Part shown: positions 26,056 to 34,780 of the stretch, in pieces | Position numbering within the stretch: the first letter of the stretch is position 1 | Layout of the letters: every line of letters begins with the position of its first letter | NCBI GenBank assembly: GCA_020628065.1 | Contig: JAHDFR010000004.1 | Span: forward strand, 10,179-46,399 | Length of the DNA: 36,221 nucleotides | Direction of reading: 5' to 3' | Origin: Acidimicrobiales bacterium | Lineage (GTDB): Bacteria; Actinomycetota; Acidimicrobiia; Acidimicrobiales; SZUA-35 | Program-made: the position numbers and the translations under genes | The notes under the pieces: model-generated | Database searches by the model: none | Told to the model about the DNA's origin: nothing | The model's input: only the letters and a program-made list of their open reading frames with translations

Positions 26056-26631
26056 TCAACGACTGAGCAGGTCAATGAAGCCGACGGCCACCACCGTGGC
26101 GTAGATCATCACGGCCAGTTTGAGCACCGTAAGCATCATCGAAACCAGCCGACGACCCCGACGTTGATCGTCGACAAATATCTGACTGGCCGGCCGGGCG
26201 GCTTCAGCCACGAACTCAACTCGATCGGCGTCGACCGGCGATGCTGCCGTCGTCTCGGCCCCGCTCTTGCTGTCAGCTGTCCCGATGCCGTTTTCGTCCG
26301 CCCCGAGATGAGTGACGACGGTGTGACTGACGACGGTGTCAGTGACGACGGTGTGAGCGACGGCGGTGTCGGCTTCGGCCGAGTCGACATCGGGGGCTGA
26401 GTCAGCCGACTTGTCATCCGCCAGGAGCTCAGCGGCCAGCTCGTCGAGCAGCTCGGAGAAGAGGTCGTCGGCCGGACGCCGACCCCACGCAGATCGCGAT
26501 GGTTCATCGTCGCCCGATGCCCACTGTCTTGGCGATACCAGCGTCACGGGACGTCCCTTCGTCCGACCGACGCCAACGCTGTTCGATTCTTCATGTTCCC
26601 ACTCCCACCGGCGAGCGATTCTTCGGCTCAC
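26056..26631 (-). CDS. Hypothetical protein: acidic low-complexity N-region with a C-terminal TM helix
   Basis: Fills the gap between the GT2 gene and dapF; hydrophobic C-terminus; start uncertain (overlaps GT2 end by 41 nt). Confidence 0.55.
   Translation of the reverse strand: MSRRIARRWEWEHEESNSVGVGRTKGRPVTLVSPRQWASGDDEPSRSAWGRRPADDLFSELLDELAAELLADDKSADSAPDVDSAEADTAVAHTVVTDTVVSHTVVTHLGADENGIGTADSKSGAETTAASPVDADRVEFVAEAARPASQIFVDDQRRGRRLVSMMLTVLKLAVMIYATVVAVGFIDLLSR
26311..26370. repeat. 15-bp tandem repeat x4, in frame, encoding (D/H)T(A/V)V(A/T/S)
   Basis: agtgacgacggtgtg / actgacgacggtgtc / agtgacgacggtgtg / agcgacggcggtgtc. Confidence 0.85.
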
Positions 26632-28828
26632 CCTCCAGATTCACATCCGACTCGGTCTTCGGCGCTTCCACGCCGTCAACCGCAGCATCAGGTATCACAG
26701 CAGCATCAGGTACCACAGCGGCGTTAGGGACCATTCCCAACCGTTTCGGCTTGTGCCACTTCTGGCGCCGCCCGGCCAGGATGGACGAAACGGCTCCGGC
26801 TAGAACCAGAAGGTTGAAGTACCGGAAGAACAACAACTGAGCCGGGGCGTAAAGGAGCACGGTTCGGCGCTCACCGTCGACCACGGCGGCAAACCACGTA
26901 GTGACCAACTGGATGATCACGGTGAAGACCACGGCAGCGACGAGGACCCCGCCCCGACCGGTGGCCAAGGCCAGAATGGCGAACAGATCGGCCAGCGGCG
27001 TGAACGGTAGCCAGATCATATCAAGCGACATTAGGGCCAGAGCCCGGCGACGGTAGCGCTCACCCTCAGCGGAAGGGCTCCTCTTTCGATGTCGCCACAT
27101 GACTTGCAATGTTCCGTAGGTCCAGCGCATCCGCTGCTTCCACAGGGTGCGGATATCAATGGGCGCCTCGGTCCAGGCCACGGCATCAGGTATGTAGCGG
27201 AGTTTCCAGCCGGCGGCACCGAGCGCCACGGTCAAGTCGGCGTCTTCGGCCAATGTCACGTCGGGTACTCCCCCGATGTCGTCCAGCGCTTCCTTGCGGA
27301 ACGCTGCTACGGGACCCGGCATGCAGGACACGGCCCCTACGGCCTCTTGCGCTCTGCGCAGTAATGAGCACTGCACCATGTATTCGACGTGTTGGACTTG
27401 GGTCAGTAGGTTGGCCATCCGGTTGCCGACCATCGGGTAGCCGGCCGCTGCCCCCACCGTGTCGTCGTCAAACGCTTCCATGAGGCGTTTGACCGCCGTT
27501 GCGTCGAACATGGTGTCGCCGTCAACCAGAATGCAGAAGTCGTGACTGGCGGCGTCGAACCCGACATTCAGAGCTGAGGCCTTTCCTCCATTCGGTTTGG
27601 AGAGAATTCGAACGTCGGGGAACCGAGCGGCTCTGGCAATAGTGGCGTCCGACGAGCCGTCATCAACCATGATGATCTCTATTGGCCCTTCATAGTCTTG
27701 CCTGAGGAAGGAGAACAGCGCACCGGCGATACCAACTTCCTCGTTGTAGGCCGGAACGATGATCGACACTCCTGGAGGGGTCTCGCTCGGTGTCTTGGCG
27801 CCACTTCGAAATCTGCGACTCCGTCGTCGAACCATCGCTTGTCGCCAGGGCAGGATGATCAACGCCAGCGCCCGCACCAACAGCAATGGTGCGAGCACCA
27901 CAGTGGCAAGCCTCAGTACCCCGGTGAGCGAGCCCAACAGGCCAGCCGTCGTCGTGACCGCAGTGGCTACCACCCGTTCTGATGTGGGCACCGGGGCGGT
28001 GGACGCCACCCTTCCGTACTCCGATGCGGTCACGAATTCGTAGCCCCGCTTCTTGAGTTCAGGAATCAGCAGCCGGAGACCGGCTGCCGTATGCCGTGGC
28101 TGATCGCTCGGCCCATCGTGCAACGTGACGATGGCGCTGCGGTCGGCTTCCGGGAGTGACTCGGCGGCAATCTGAGCAGCCGGAATACCTTCAAAGTCTC
28201 GGGCGACCAGATCGCTGTAGATCATGGTGAGGCCGCCTTCGGTTTGAGCTAACTCGGCTGCGGTCAACTCTTTAGTCGTGTGGTAGATACCGGCGCCGCT
28301 GTAGGGAGCCCGGGCCACCACCGGTTTTACCCCCACGGTTCCCAGCACCATCCACTGATTCAGCTCGTACTGGCGCAGCAGTTGGGTGGACGACAGATCA
28401 CCCATGCGGGCGTGGTTGAACGAATGAAGGCCAATCTCATGTCCTTCGGAGGCGATTCGTTTCAACATGTCGGGCTGGGCCAGCACTTCTCGGCCGGTCA
28501 CGAAGAACGTGCCTCGCACCCCGTGCTCCGACAACACATCGAGGACATCCGACGTACGGACCGGGTCGGGACCGTCATCGAAGGTCAAGGCCACAACCGG
28601 GCTCCCCGGACGACCGCTCTCACTCCATGTCGGGTCGGGAACGGAATTGTCCAACTCTGACAAGACTCGGGTTTCCGGCGGCGGCCCATCCTCGGTGGCA
28701 CCAACCAGCAGTTCGTCGCTGTGGCTTATCACCGCCGACACGGCACAAAGCGCAGCGAACACCAATCCGGCCGCAATGGTGAGCAGCCTACTTAGGCGCC
28801 CCCCGACAGCCGACCTGCCGCTGCTCAT
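26591..28828 (-). CDS. Bifunctional polysaccharide deacetylase (CE4/NodB) and processive GT2 glycosyltransferase
   Basis: TFDDGP, HSFNH, RAPY, LHDG, then PAYNEE, DDGS, GGKASALN, DGD, EDAD, QRMRW, with flanking TM helices. Start set to ATG 28828. Confidence 0.9.
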   Translation of the reverse strand: MSSGRSAVGGRLSRLLTIAAGLVFAALCAVSAVISHSDELLVGATEDGPPPETRVLSELDNSVPDPTWSESGRPGSPVVALTFDDGPDPVRTSDVLDVLSEHGVRGTFFVTGREVLAQPDMLKRIASEGHEIGLHSFNHARMGDLSSTQLLRQYELNQWMVLGTVGVKPVVARAPYSGAGIYHTTKELTAAELAQTEGGLTMIYSDLVARDFEGIPAAQIAAESLPEADRSAIVTLHDGPSDQPRHTAAGLRLLIPELKKRGYEFVTASEYGRVASTAPVPTSERVVATAVTTTAGLLGSLTGVLRLATVVLAPLLLVRALALIILPWRQAMVRRRSRRFRSGAKTPSETPPGVSIIVPAYNEEVGIAGALFSFLRQDYEGPIEIIMVDDGSSDATIARAARFPDVRILSKPNGGKASALNVGFDAASHDFCILVDGDTMFDATAVKRLMEAFDDDTVGAAAGYPMVGNRMANLLTQVQHVEYMVQCSLLRRAQEAVGAVSCMPGPVAAFRKEALDDIGGVPDVTLAEDADLTVALGAAGWKLRYIPDAVAWTEAPIDIRTLWKQRMRWTYGTLQVMWRHRKRSPSAEGERYRRRALALMSLDMIWLPFTPLADLFAILALATGRGGVLVAAVVFTVIIQLVTTWFAAVVDGERRTVLLYAPAQLLFFRYFNLLVLAGAVSSILAGRRQKWHKPKRLGMVPNAAVVPDAAVIPDAAVDGVEAPKTESDVNLEGEPKNRSPVGVGT
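26681..26734. repeat. 18-bp degenerate tandem repeat x3 in the GT2 C-terminal tail (xxP[D/N]AA)
   Basis: cgcagcatcaggtatcac / agcagcatcaggtaccac / agcggcgttagggaccat. Confidence 0.75.
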
Positions 28829-29059
28829 CGTCCACTGTCGACGCTGTCGACTCTCACCACAATCCTCCGCCTGGATCAGCCGACCAACCAAAAATCGGCT
28901 TCACCGCTCGCCTAGGTTCGGAGTGTATGGATAGCGTTCTTACGCTTCCAGTGGACCGAATCGATTCGACGCCAAACGATAGATTCAGCTCAGGGGCGGA
29001 AGGCGGAACAACTTGAGCTCAATGATCCGTTCGCCCCAGGCGAAGCGATGAGTTGTCCG

Positions 29060-29977
29060 CTAACGGTCGTTAGACCTCGACTCGGCGTCCCACCATGACG
29101 CAATCCGGTCGGCCACGTCGGGGGCCAGGGCCGGGAACCAGGTAATTCTTGGATCGCGGCGGAACCAGCGTTGCTGTCGTCGGGCGAACCGGCGAGTTCT
29201 GCGCTTCGCCTCGTCCAAGGCGTCGTCGAGCGACATGTGACCGTCGAGATGAGCCAGTAGCTCCTTGTACCCCAGCGCCTGAGCGGCAGTGCGGGACATA
29301 CCGGACTCGGCCACCCGTTCTACTTCAGCCAACATGCCTTCGGCCATCTGCCGGTCGTACCGTTCATCGATTCGACGGTCCATGTCATCGCGGTCGATTT
29401 CCAGCCCGGCAAGGCGGAATCTGGTCGACGGGTAGGCGTCGACACCCGGCCCGAAACTGGAGAACGGTTTACCTGTCCCGAGGGTGACTTCCAGAGCCCG
29501 GACGACTCGTCGCCGATTGCCGGGCAACATCTTTTCGGCTGCGGCCGGATCAAGCGATTTCAAACGGACCCAGAGATGCTCGGTGTCAGGCTCGGCCTCC
29601 AACTCGGCGCGCAGCTCGGGATATTGCGGTGGAACGGTGAATTGGTCGACTACCGCTCGGACATACAACCCGGTGCCACCGACGATGACCACCGGGTGGC
29701 CTTCGCTCTCCGCTGAGCGTAAAACCGATTCCGCCAATCGTTGAAAGTCGGTCACGGCGAACTCGTCGCCCGGGTCGACAACGTCAACACCATGGTGACG
29801 CACGGCAGAGCGCTCGGCCGCTGTTGGTTTGGCCGTTCCGATATCCATCGAGCGATAGACGGCCATGGCATCGGCGGAGATGATCTCCGTCGGAGGAAAG
29901 CGCCTGGCGACCGCCAGAGCAACGGCAGACTTCCCCGAGGCTGTTGGGCCGACTACTACGAGAGGACTATCGGTCAT
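29060..29977 (-). CDS. miaA: tRNA dimethylallyltransferase
   Basis: GPTASGKS, DAMAVYRSMDIGTAKP, VGGTGLY, RRVVRALEV, QALGYKE, TRRFARRQ..WFR. Confidence 0.96.
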   Translation of the reverse strand: MTDSPLVVVGPTASGKSAVALAVARRFPPTEIISADAMAVYRSMDIGTAKPTAAERSAVRHHGVDVVDPGDEFAVTDFQRLAESVLRSAESEGHPVVIVGGTGLYVRAVVDQFTVPPQYPELRAELEAEPDTEHLWVRLKSLDPAAAEKMLPGNRRRVVRALEVTLGTGKPFSSFGPGVDAYPSTRFRLAGLEIDRDDMDRRIDERYDRQMAEGMLAEVERVAESGMSRTAAQALGYKELLAHLDGHMSLDDALDEAKRRTRRFARRQQRWFRRDPRITWFPALAPDVADRIASWWDAESRSNDR

Positions 29978-30654
29978 TAGCCCGTGAGTTCGTTCGGTTC
30001 CCGTCGCTCGGTAAGCCGTCGGCCCGAGCGACTCCTCAGCTGTTCGGTAAGAGTGGTCAGCAGCACGTAGGCGTCAAGACGTATGAGATCGGGCTCCCGA
30101 CCGTACGCCTCATAGAAGGCGAACAAGGCCTCCGCCCCGACGACCCCGGGTAGATGTCGATGCACAACGGCCAGGTCCAGATGCCGGTCTGCTCGACCAA
30201 GTCGGTCGAGGGTCTGGAACACCACGCTCGCCGCCTGCTGCGGCGGTTCCGCGATCTTCCAATTTCCCGGTCTAAGGTCTCCGTGCACAACCACCGGTGG
30301 CTCTTCAGCACCGGGAGACAACTGCAGCTGCCCCTCGACCAGGCTGATCAATTCGACAGTGGAGTACCGACAGTAGGGTTCGGGCAATGGCGGCTCTGTT
30401 GGTCGATCGTCAACGACAACCTCTCGCAGCTCCGACAGCGCAGCATCAGCCGACGCGTCGAACGGGCACTCGTCAACCGGCAAAGCATGCAATTCGGCTA
30501 ACGCCGAACCCAACAACAACCCAACATCTCGGGCCCCCAACGTAGCGACCGACGGTTGCCGCAGATGTTCGGACGGCCATGCACCGACTGCGGCAGCCAG
30601 ATCGGGGCTGCGGGCACCGACTGCCTCTGTCAGCCAGGCCCGACGGCTACCCAT
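29977..30654 (-). CDS. Aminoglycoside phosphotransferase APH(3')-like protein, N-terminally truncated
   Basis: LAELHALPVDECPFD, HGDLRPGN, RLGRADRHLDLA, FYEAYG; TAATG coupling to miaA. Confidence 0.75.
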   Translation of the reverse strand: MGSRRAWLTEAVGARSPDLAAAVGAWPSEHLRQPSVATLGARDVGLLLGSALAELHALPVDECPFDASADAALSELREVVVDDRPTEPPLPEPYCRYSTVELISLVEGQLQLSPGAEEPPVVVHGDLRPGNWKIAEPPQQAASVVFQTLDRLGRADRHLDLAVVHRHLPGVVGAEALFAFYEAYGREPDLIRLDAYVLLTTLTEQLRSRSGRRLTERREPNELTG

Positions 30655-31435
30655 CGGTGAAGGCCGTGCTCGGGTTTTCCCCCGCCAAGTGCAACGCCAT
30701 GGCAATCAACGTCCCCGCCACTGCGTCAGGTGCCACCACTTGATGAAGGTGGTCGCCGGTCAGCTGCAGCGTGTACCAACCCAACGCCTTGGCCTCCATG
30801 CGGGCGTCCTCGTAGCTGCCTCCGAAGGCGACGTAGCCTCGACCGAGCTCAGGTGGGAGGGTCGGAACCGGACAGCCCTGATCGAACCAGCTTCTCGGGA
30901 CCGACGGTGCCTGATCAAACACCACCGCCCGACACTCCGGATCAACCACCAGACCGGACACAAACGAACCCCACCATCTCGGCCACGGGGGCAGATAGTC
31001 ATTGGGGCGCATCAGACCGTCCAACAACTCAGCGAACTTCGGCTCGTCGGCTGCAAGTGACCGGCCGTCGGGAAACCGACCGTCAACCAGAATCATGGCT
31101 TCGACCGGGCGACCCCACCGAATGAGACAGTCGACCAACATGGGCGCCCTACCACAGGCGTTCGAGTGGGCCACCACGACCGCAGGGTTAGGGTTGCCGA
31201 GGGCGTCGGATTCCTTGATGACCTCCTCCAGCCATGGGCTGACGTGGTCTTCGCACGACGGAGTGGTCATCGAAGTGTGAGGAACGACGACGTGGTGCCC
31301 CGAAGTCCTCAACGACTCGGCGACACCGTCCCAGCTTGCCGGTCCCAGCAACGGGCTCGGTACCAACAACCAATTACGCGATGTCGATGCCAAAGGTCCC
31401 TCCTGGGATGAGGCTCGATCAGTCCACAGTGTCAT
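30647..31435 (-). CDS. Alpha/beta-fold hydrolase
   Basis: LVPSPLLGPASW, nucleophile elbow VVVAHSNA, ILVD, C-terminal GDHLH...P.AVA. Confidence 0.75.
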   Translation of the reverse strand: MTLWTDRASSQEGPLASTSRNWLLVPSPLLGPASWDGVAESLRTSGHHVVVPHTSMTTPSCEDHVSPWLEEVIKESDALGNPNPAVVVAHSNACGRAPMLVDCLIRWGRPVEAMILVDGRFPDGRSLAADEPKFAELLDGLMRPNDYLPPWPRWWGSFVSGLVVDPECRAVVFDQAPSVPRSWFDQGCPVPTLPPELGRGYVAFGGSYEDARMEAKALGWYTLQLTGDHLHQVVAPDAVAGTLIAMALHLAGENPSTAFTDG

Positions 31436-31470
31436 CGGCCGGAGGCCGAAGCAAATCGCCCGATGACAGG

Positions 31471-32907
31471 TTACTGGGCGGCCATCACGTCGAGACGGGT
31501 CCGGTAGGTCGGTCGATCGGTGATCTCCACCAGTTCACCCAGCAGATACTGATGAGCGGCATCAGTGATTTCGGTGAGGGCGAACGTTCCGGGCTTTAGC
31601 GGCTCGGACGCAAAATGAACCAACTTGTTCTGTCGTGTACGGCCGGTGAGGATCGAGGCATCCTTCTTCGACGGTCCCTCAACCACTACTTCCTCCACCC
31701 GACCGATCCGGTCACGGTAGCGGGCCAGCGCCGAGCGTTCGATCACCGTTCGCAGTCGCTCATAGCGATCTCGCACAACCTGCGGATCGCAGAACTTCTC
31801 AGTCATCTCCGCTGCTTCGGTTCCGGCCCGAGGAGAAAACACAAAGGTGTAGGCGGAGTCAAACTCAGCGGCCGCCGCCAGCTCGAGCGTCTGGGCGAAG
31901 TCATCATCGCTTTCACCGGGGAATCCAACGATAATGTCGGTCGACACCGCCAGGTCATCGATCGTGGCCCGAGCCTGAGCGAGCTTGTCCAGGTAACGCT
32001 CACCGGTGTAGCCCCTGTGCATTGCCGCCAGAATCCGATCGGATCCCGACTGCAGCGGGAAGTGCAGATGAGGAACCACAGCTTCGACCTCGGCCATAGC
32101 TTCAAAAACGTCGGGCGTCATGTCCTTGGGGTGAGGGCTGGTGAACCGCACCCTACGGATTCCCTCGATCCGACCGACCTCCGACAGCAGCTCGCCAAAC
32201 ATTGGCCTGATTCGGACATCCTGGCCCTCCCGTCGGGCGGCCAATGCCAGATCCCGCCCGTAGGAGTTGACGTTCTGACCCAACAGAGTGATCTCGGTGA
32301 CCCCTTCGGCGGCGAGGCGACGGGCCTCATCGACGATGGCTTCCACCGGTCGACTGATCTCCACCCCACGTACCGACGGAACGATGCAGAACGCACAGGA
32401 GTTGTCACACCCGATTTGAATGGTAAGCCAAGCCGCATAGTCGGTTTTACGCCGAGCCGGTAGGGCTGAGGGGAAGGCGTCCTCATCGGCCGCCATCGCT
32501 TCCTCCCAGATTTCCATGACCGGGCCGTCAACCTTGGATTGACTCAACAGCTCCATGGCTCGGTGCACATTGTGCGTCCCAAAGACGACATCAACATGGC
32601 CTGCCCGCTGCTGGATCTGCTCGCGGTCCTTCTGTGCCAGGCAACCGCCAACCATGATCTGGAGGTCAGGATTAGCCTCTTTGAGCGTCTTTAGATTTCC
32701 CAGAGCGCCGTACAGCTTGTTATCAGCGTTCTCTCGAATGCAGCAGGTGTTGAGCAGTACGACGTCGGCGTCGGAGGCCGAGTCGGTCGGCTGGTAGCCA
32801 TCGCTCTCAAGCAAGCCAGCGAGGCGCTCCGAATCATGCTCATTCATTTGACAGCCGTAGGTGCGCAGGTGGTAGCGCTTTGGCTGTTGAGAACCCGAAT
32901 CCTTCAC
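31471..32907 (-). CDS. miaB: tRNA-2-methylthio-N6-dimethylallyladenosine synthase
   Basis: TYGCQMNEHDSE, NTCCIRENA, radical-SAM GCDNSCAFCIVP, LLGQNVNSYG, FTSPHP, TDIIVGFPGE, TRAM domain. Confidence 0.97.
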   Translation of the reverse strand: MKDSGSQQPKRYHLRTYGCQMNEHDSERLAGLLESDGYQPTDSASDADVVLLNTCCIRENADNKLYGALGNLKTLKEANPDLQIMVGGCLAQKDREQIQQRAGHVDVVFGTHNVHRAMELLSQSKVDGPVMEIWEEAMAADEDAFPSALPARRKTDYAAWLTIQIGCDNSCAFCIVPSVRGVEISRPVEAIVDEARRLAAEGVTEITLLGQNVNSYGRDLALAARREGQDVRIRPMFGELLSEVGRIEGIRRVRFTSPHPKDMTPDVFEAMAEVEAVVPHLHFPLQSGSDRILAAMHRGYTGERYLDKLAQARATIDDLAVSTDIIVGFPGESDDDFAQTLELAAAAEFDSAYTFVFSPRAGTEAAEMTEKFCDPQVVRDRYERLRTVIERSALARYRDRIGRVEEVVVEGPSKKDASILTGRTRQNKLVHFASEPLKPGTFALTEITDAAHQYLLGELVEITDRPTYRTRLDVMAAQ

Positions 32908-33005
32908 GATGCCAAGGCTAGGCCGTCAATCTCCGTGGGCCGACCATCTCCAGGGCGGACGGTGCCTGCCCGCCGTCATCCGGTCGGAACGGTACTGTGA
33001 GGCCG

Positions 33006-33851
33006 CTAGAGCTGGGCGTACCAGTCGTAGCCTCGTTCGTACCAGTAGTCGGTCGGCTGCTCGTTGGTAAACGCCACCGACGCAATGCGCTTGAGGCACT
33101 TGATCCCGTACTTGTTCGGCGTGGCCAGCCGCAGAGGCGCTCCATGCTCCAGATCCAACGGCTCGCCCTGCAACTCGTAGGCCAGCAACATCTGTGGGTT
33201 CATCATGGACTCGATGTCGATGCCCACGTAGTACTCACCGTCGGGAGTTTCCAGTGAAACGAAATCGCTGGGTCGCTCACCCAGCTGGTCCTGGTAGAGA
33301 GCGGCCAGGTCGGAGAATCGGGCGCCACCCCAGGTCACGATGTGGCTCCACCCCTCGACACACTTGTGTTCCACCGTCAACTCGACTTTGGGCAGCTCCT
33401 TGATGTCATCCAGCGTGCGAACACCGACAACCGACCCGTCAGGACCGGTGATGGTCATCTCCCAGGAGTCGAGGTCTATTGGAGACTCCAACCCGATTCG
33501 CCCGTTGACCCTGATCATCGAAGACTCTGATCGGTCAAAGGTCGGCGCGGTTCGTCCGGCGGAAACCGGTCTCCACAAGGCTTCGTTGAATTCATGACCC
33601 CGGCGCAGAACATCGGGAATCCGGTTCTCCTCCGGCCGACCTTGCAGCCATCGCCAGCCGGCGTATGAACCGACGATGCCCACCGCACCGGTAAGAAAGG
33701 ATCGCCGGCTCCGCTGACGGTACTCACCCAACGGCACCCGGGCCTGTTCGGTCTCGACGGCCTTATATCGGGCAAAACGCTCGGCATCTGCTTCAGACCA
33801 CTGAGGGTTGGGCTCAGCGGTCGCCGGATCGACGAACTGTTCTTTGCTCAT
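33006..33851 (-). CDS. Sulfite oxidase-family molybdoenzyme (MsrP/YedY-like), predicted Tat export
   Basis: SRRSFL twin-arginine motif, HKCVEGWS Mo-Cys, HGAPLRL..P.KYGIK..KRI, DYW.ERGYDW. Confidence 0.85.
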   Translation of the reverse strand: MSKEQFVDPATAEPNPQWSEADAERFARYKAVETEQARVPLGEYRQRSRRSFLTGAVGIVGSYAGWRWLQGRPEENRIPDVLRRGHEFNEALWRPVSAGRTAPTFDRSESSMIRVNGRIGLESPIDLDSWEMTITGPDGSVVGVRTLDDIKELPKVELTVEHKCVEGWSHIVTWGGARFSDLAALYQDQLGERPSDFVSLETPDGEYYVGIDIESMMNPQMLLAYELQGEPLDLEHGAPLRLATPNKYGIKCLKRIASVAFTNEQPTDYWYERGYDWYAQL

Positions 33852-34630
33852 GGTGTCTGATCCTCACTGCCCGAGCTCTCGTTGGCTTGATCTGTGTTCC
33901 CGATGGTGTCGGCTACCGCCAGTGGTTGGTAGCCGGAGATCATCGAAGCGAAATTGCTCCATCCGGCCCGGGCCACCTGGAGCAGGTGGATGACGAAGAA
34001 CACCAGAAACCCGATGGTGACAAAGAAGTGGATGGCTCGAGCAGTCTCGTAGCCCCCGAACATCGTGGTGATGATTGCAACTCCGGTCGGCTTGTAGATG
34101 GCCAACCCGGTCAGGACGGCCAGCCCTCCCATGACGACGATGAAGGTGTAGGTCAAGCGTTGAGCGGCGTTGTACTGCCCCTGCGGAGGCATTGGCCGTT
34201 TGATGAGGCGGCCAAGGTACAGATCGTGGGCCACGACGGTCAACGAATCTTTCAGCGAGTGACGGTCGGGCAGGAGCCGACGCCAAAGTCCAGTGCGCCA
34301 GGTGTAGATTCCGTAGGCGACACCGTTGATGGTGAACAGCCATCCGAAGGTGAAGTGAAACGCCATTCCCCGAGCCAAGCGGCGCTCAAGGCCGAGTCGT
34401 TCGTTGACGACATCGGGAAAGAAATCGAACCAATGCCAGCCGACGAGGCCGACCCCGAAGCCGAACGGGTCACGAAGGTCGGCCCAATAGATCCGCAGAC
34501 CACTCCAGATCATGATTGTCAGCAACGGAAAGTTAATCCAATGCATCCATCTGGTGCCGCGGCGGTGGCGCTCGACAGCCACCGGCTCGATGGTCGGTTG
34601 CTCTGGGCGAGATGCATCGACTAGGGCCAT
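33848..34630 (-). CDS. Cytochrome b membrane subunit (Ni/Fe-hydrogenase/FdnI-like b-type), partner of the adjacent molybdoenzyme
   Basis: RWMHWIN...SGL.IY, HF..GW, QYNAAQRLTY, LTGLAIYKP, AR.IHF...F..IH; ATGA overlap with the next gene. Confidence 0.85.
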   Translation of the reverse strand: MALVDASRPEQPTIEPVAVERHRRGTRWMHWINFPLLTIMIWSGLRIYWADLRDPFGFGVGLVGWHWFDFFPDVVNERLGLERRLARGMAFHFTFGWLFTINGVAYGIYTWRTGLWRRLLPDRHSLKDSLTVVAHDLYLGRLIKRPMPPQGQYNAAQRLTYTFIVVMGGLAVLTGLAIYKPTGVAIITTMFGGYETARAIHFFVTIGFLVFFVIHLLQVARAGWSNFASMISGYQPLAVADTIGNTDQANESSGSEDQTP

Positions 34631-34780
34631 GACCAGGACCCTACCAGCCCTCCATCACAGGCAAAGAAACTCCCGGACAACTAACCGGCAATCACGACCA
34701 GCGTCGCTGTCACGACCGGTGGCGACCTCGTTCGGAACCACCTTTGTCGTCCGCTGTAGAGGAGTCTTCAGCTGAACGCG

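Noticed and set aside
29977-30705. Functional aminoglycoside resistance gene
   Set aside because: The N-lobe and second catalytic Asp appear to be missing, and the context is housekeeping with no mobile element.
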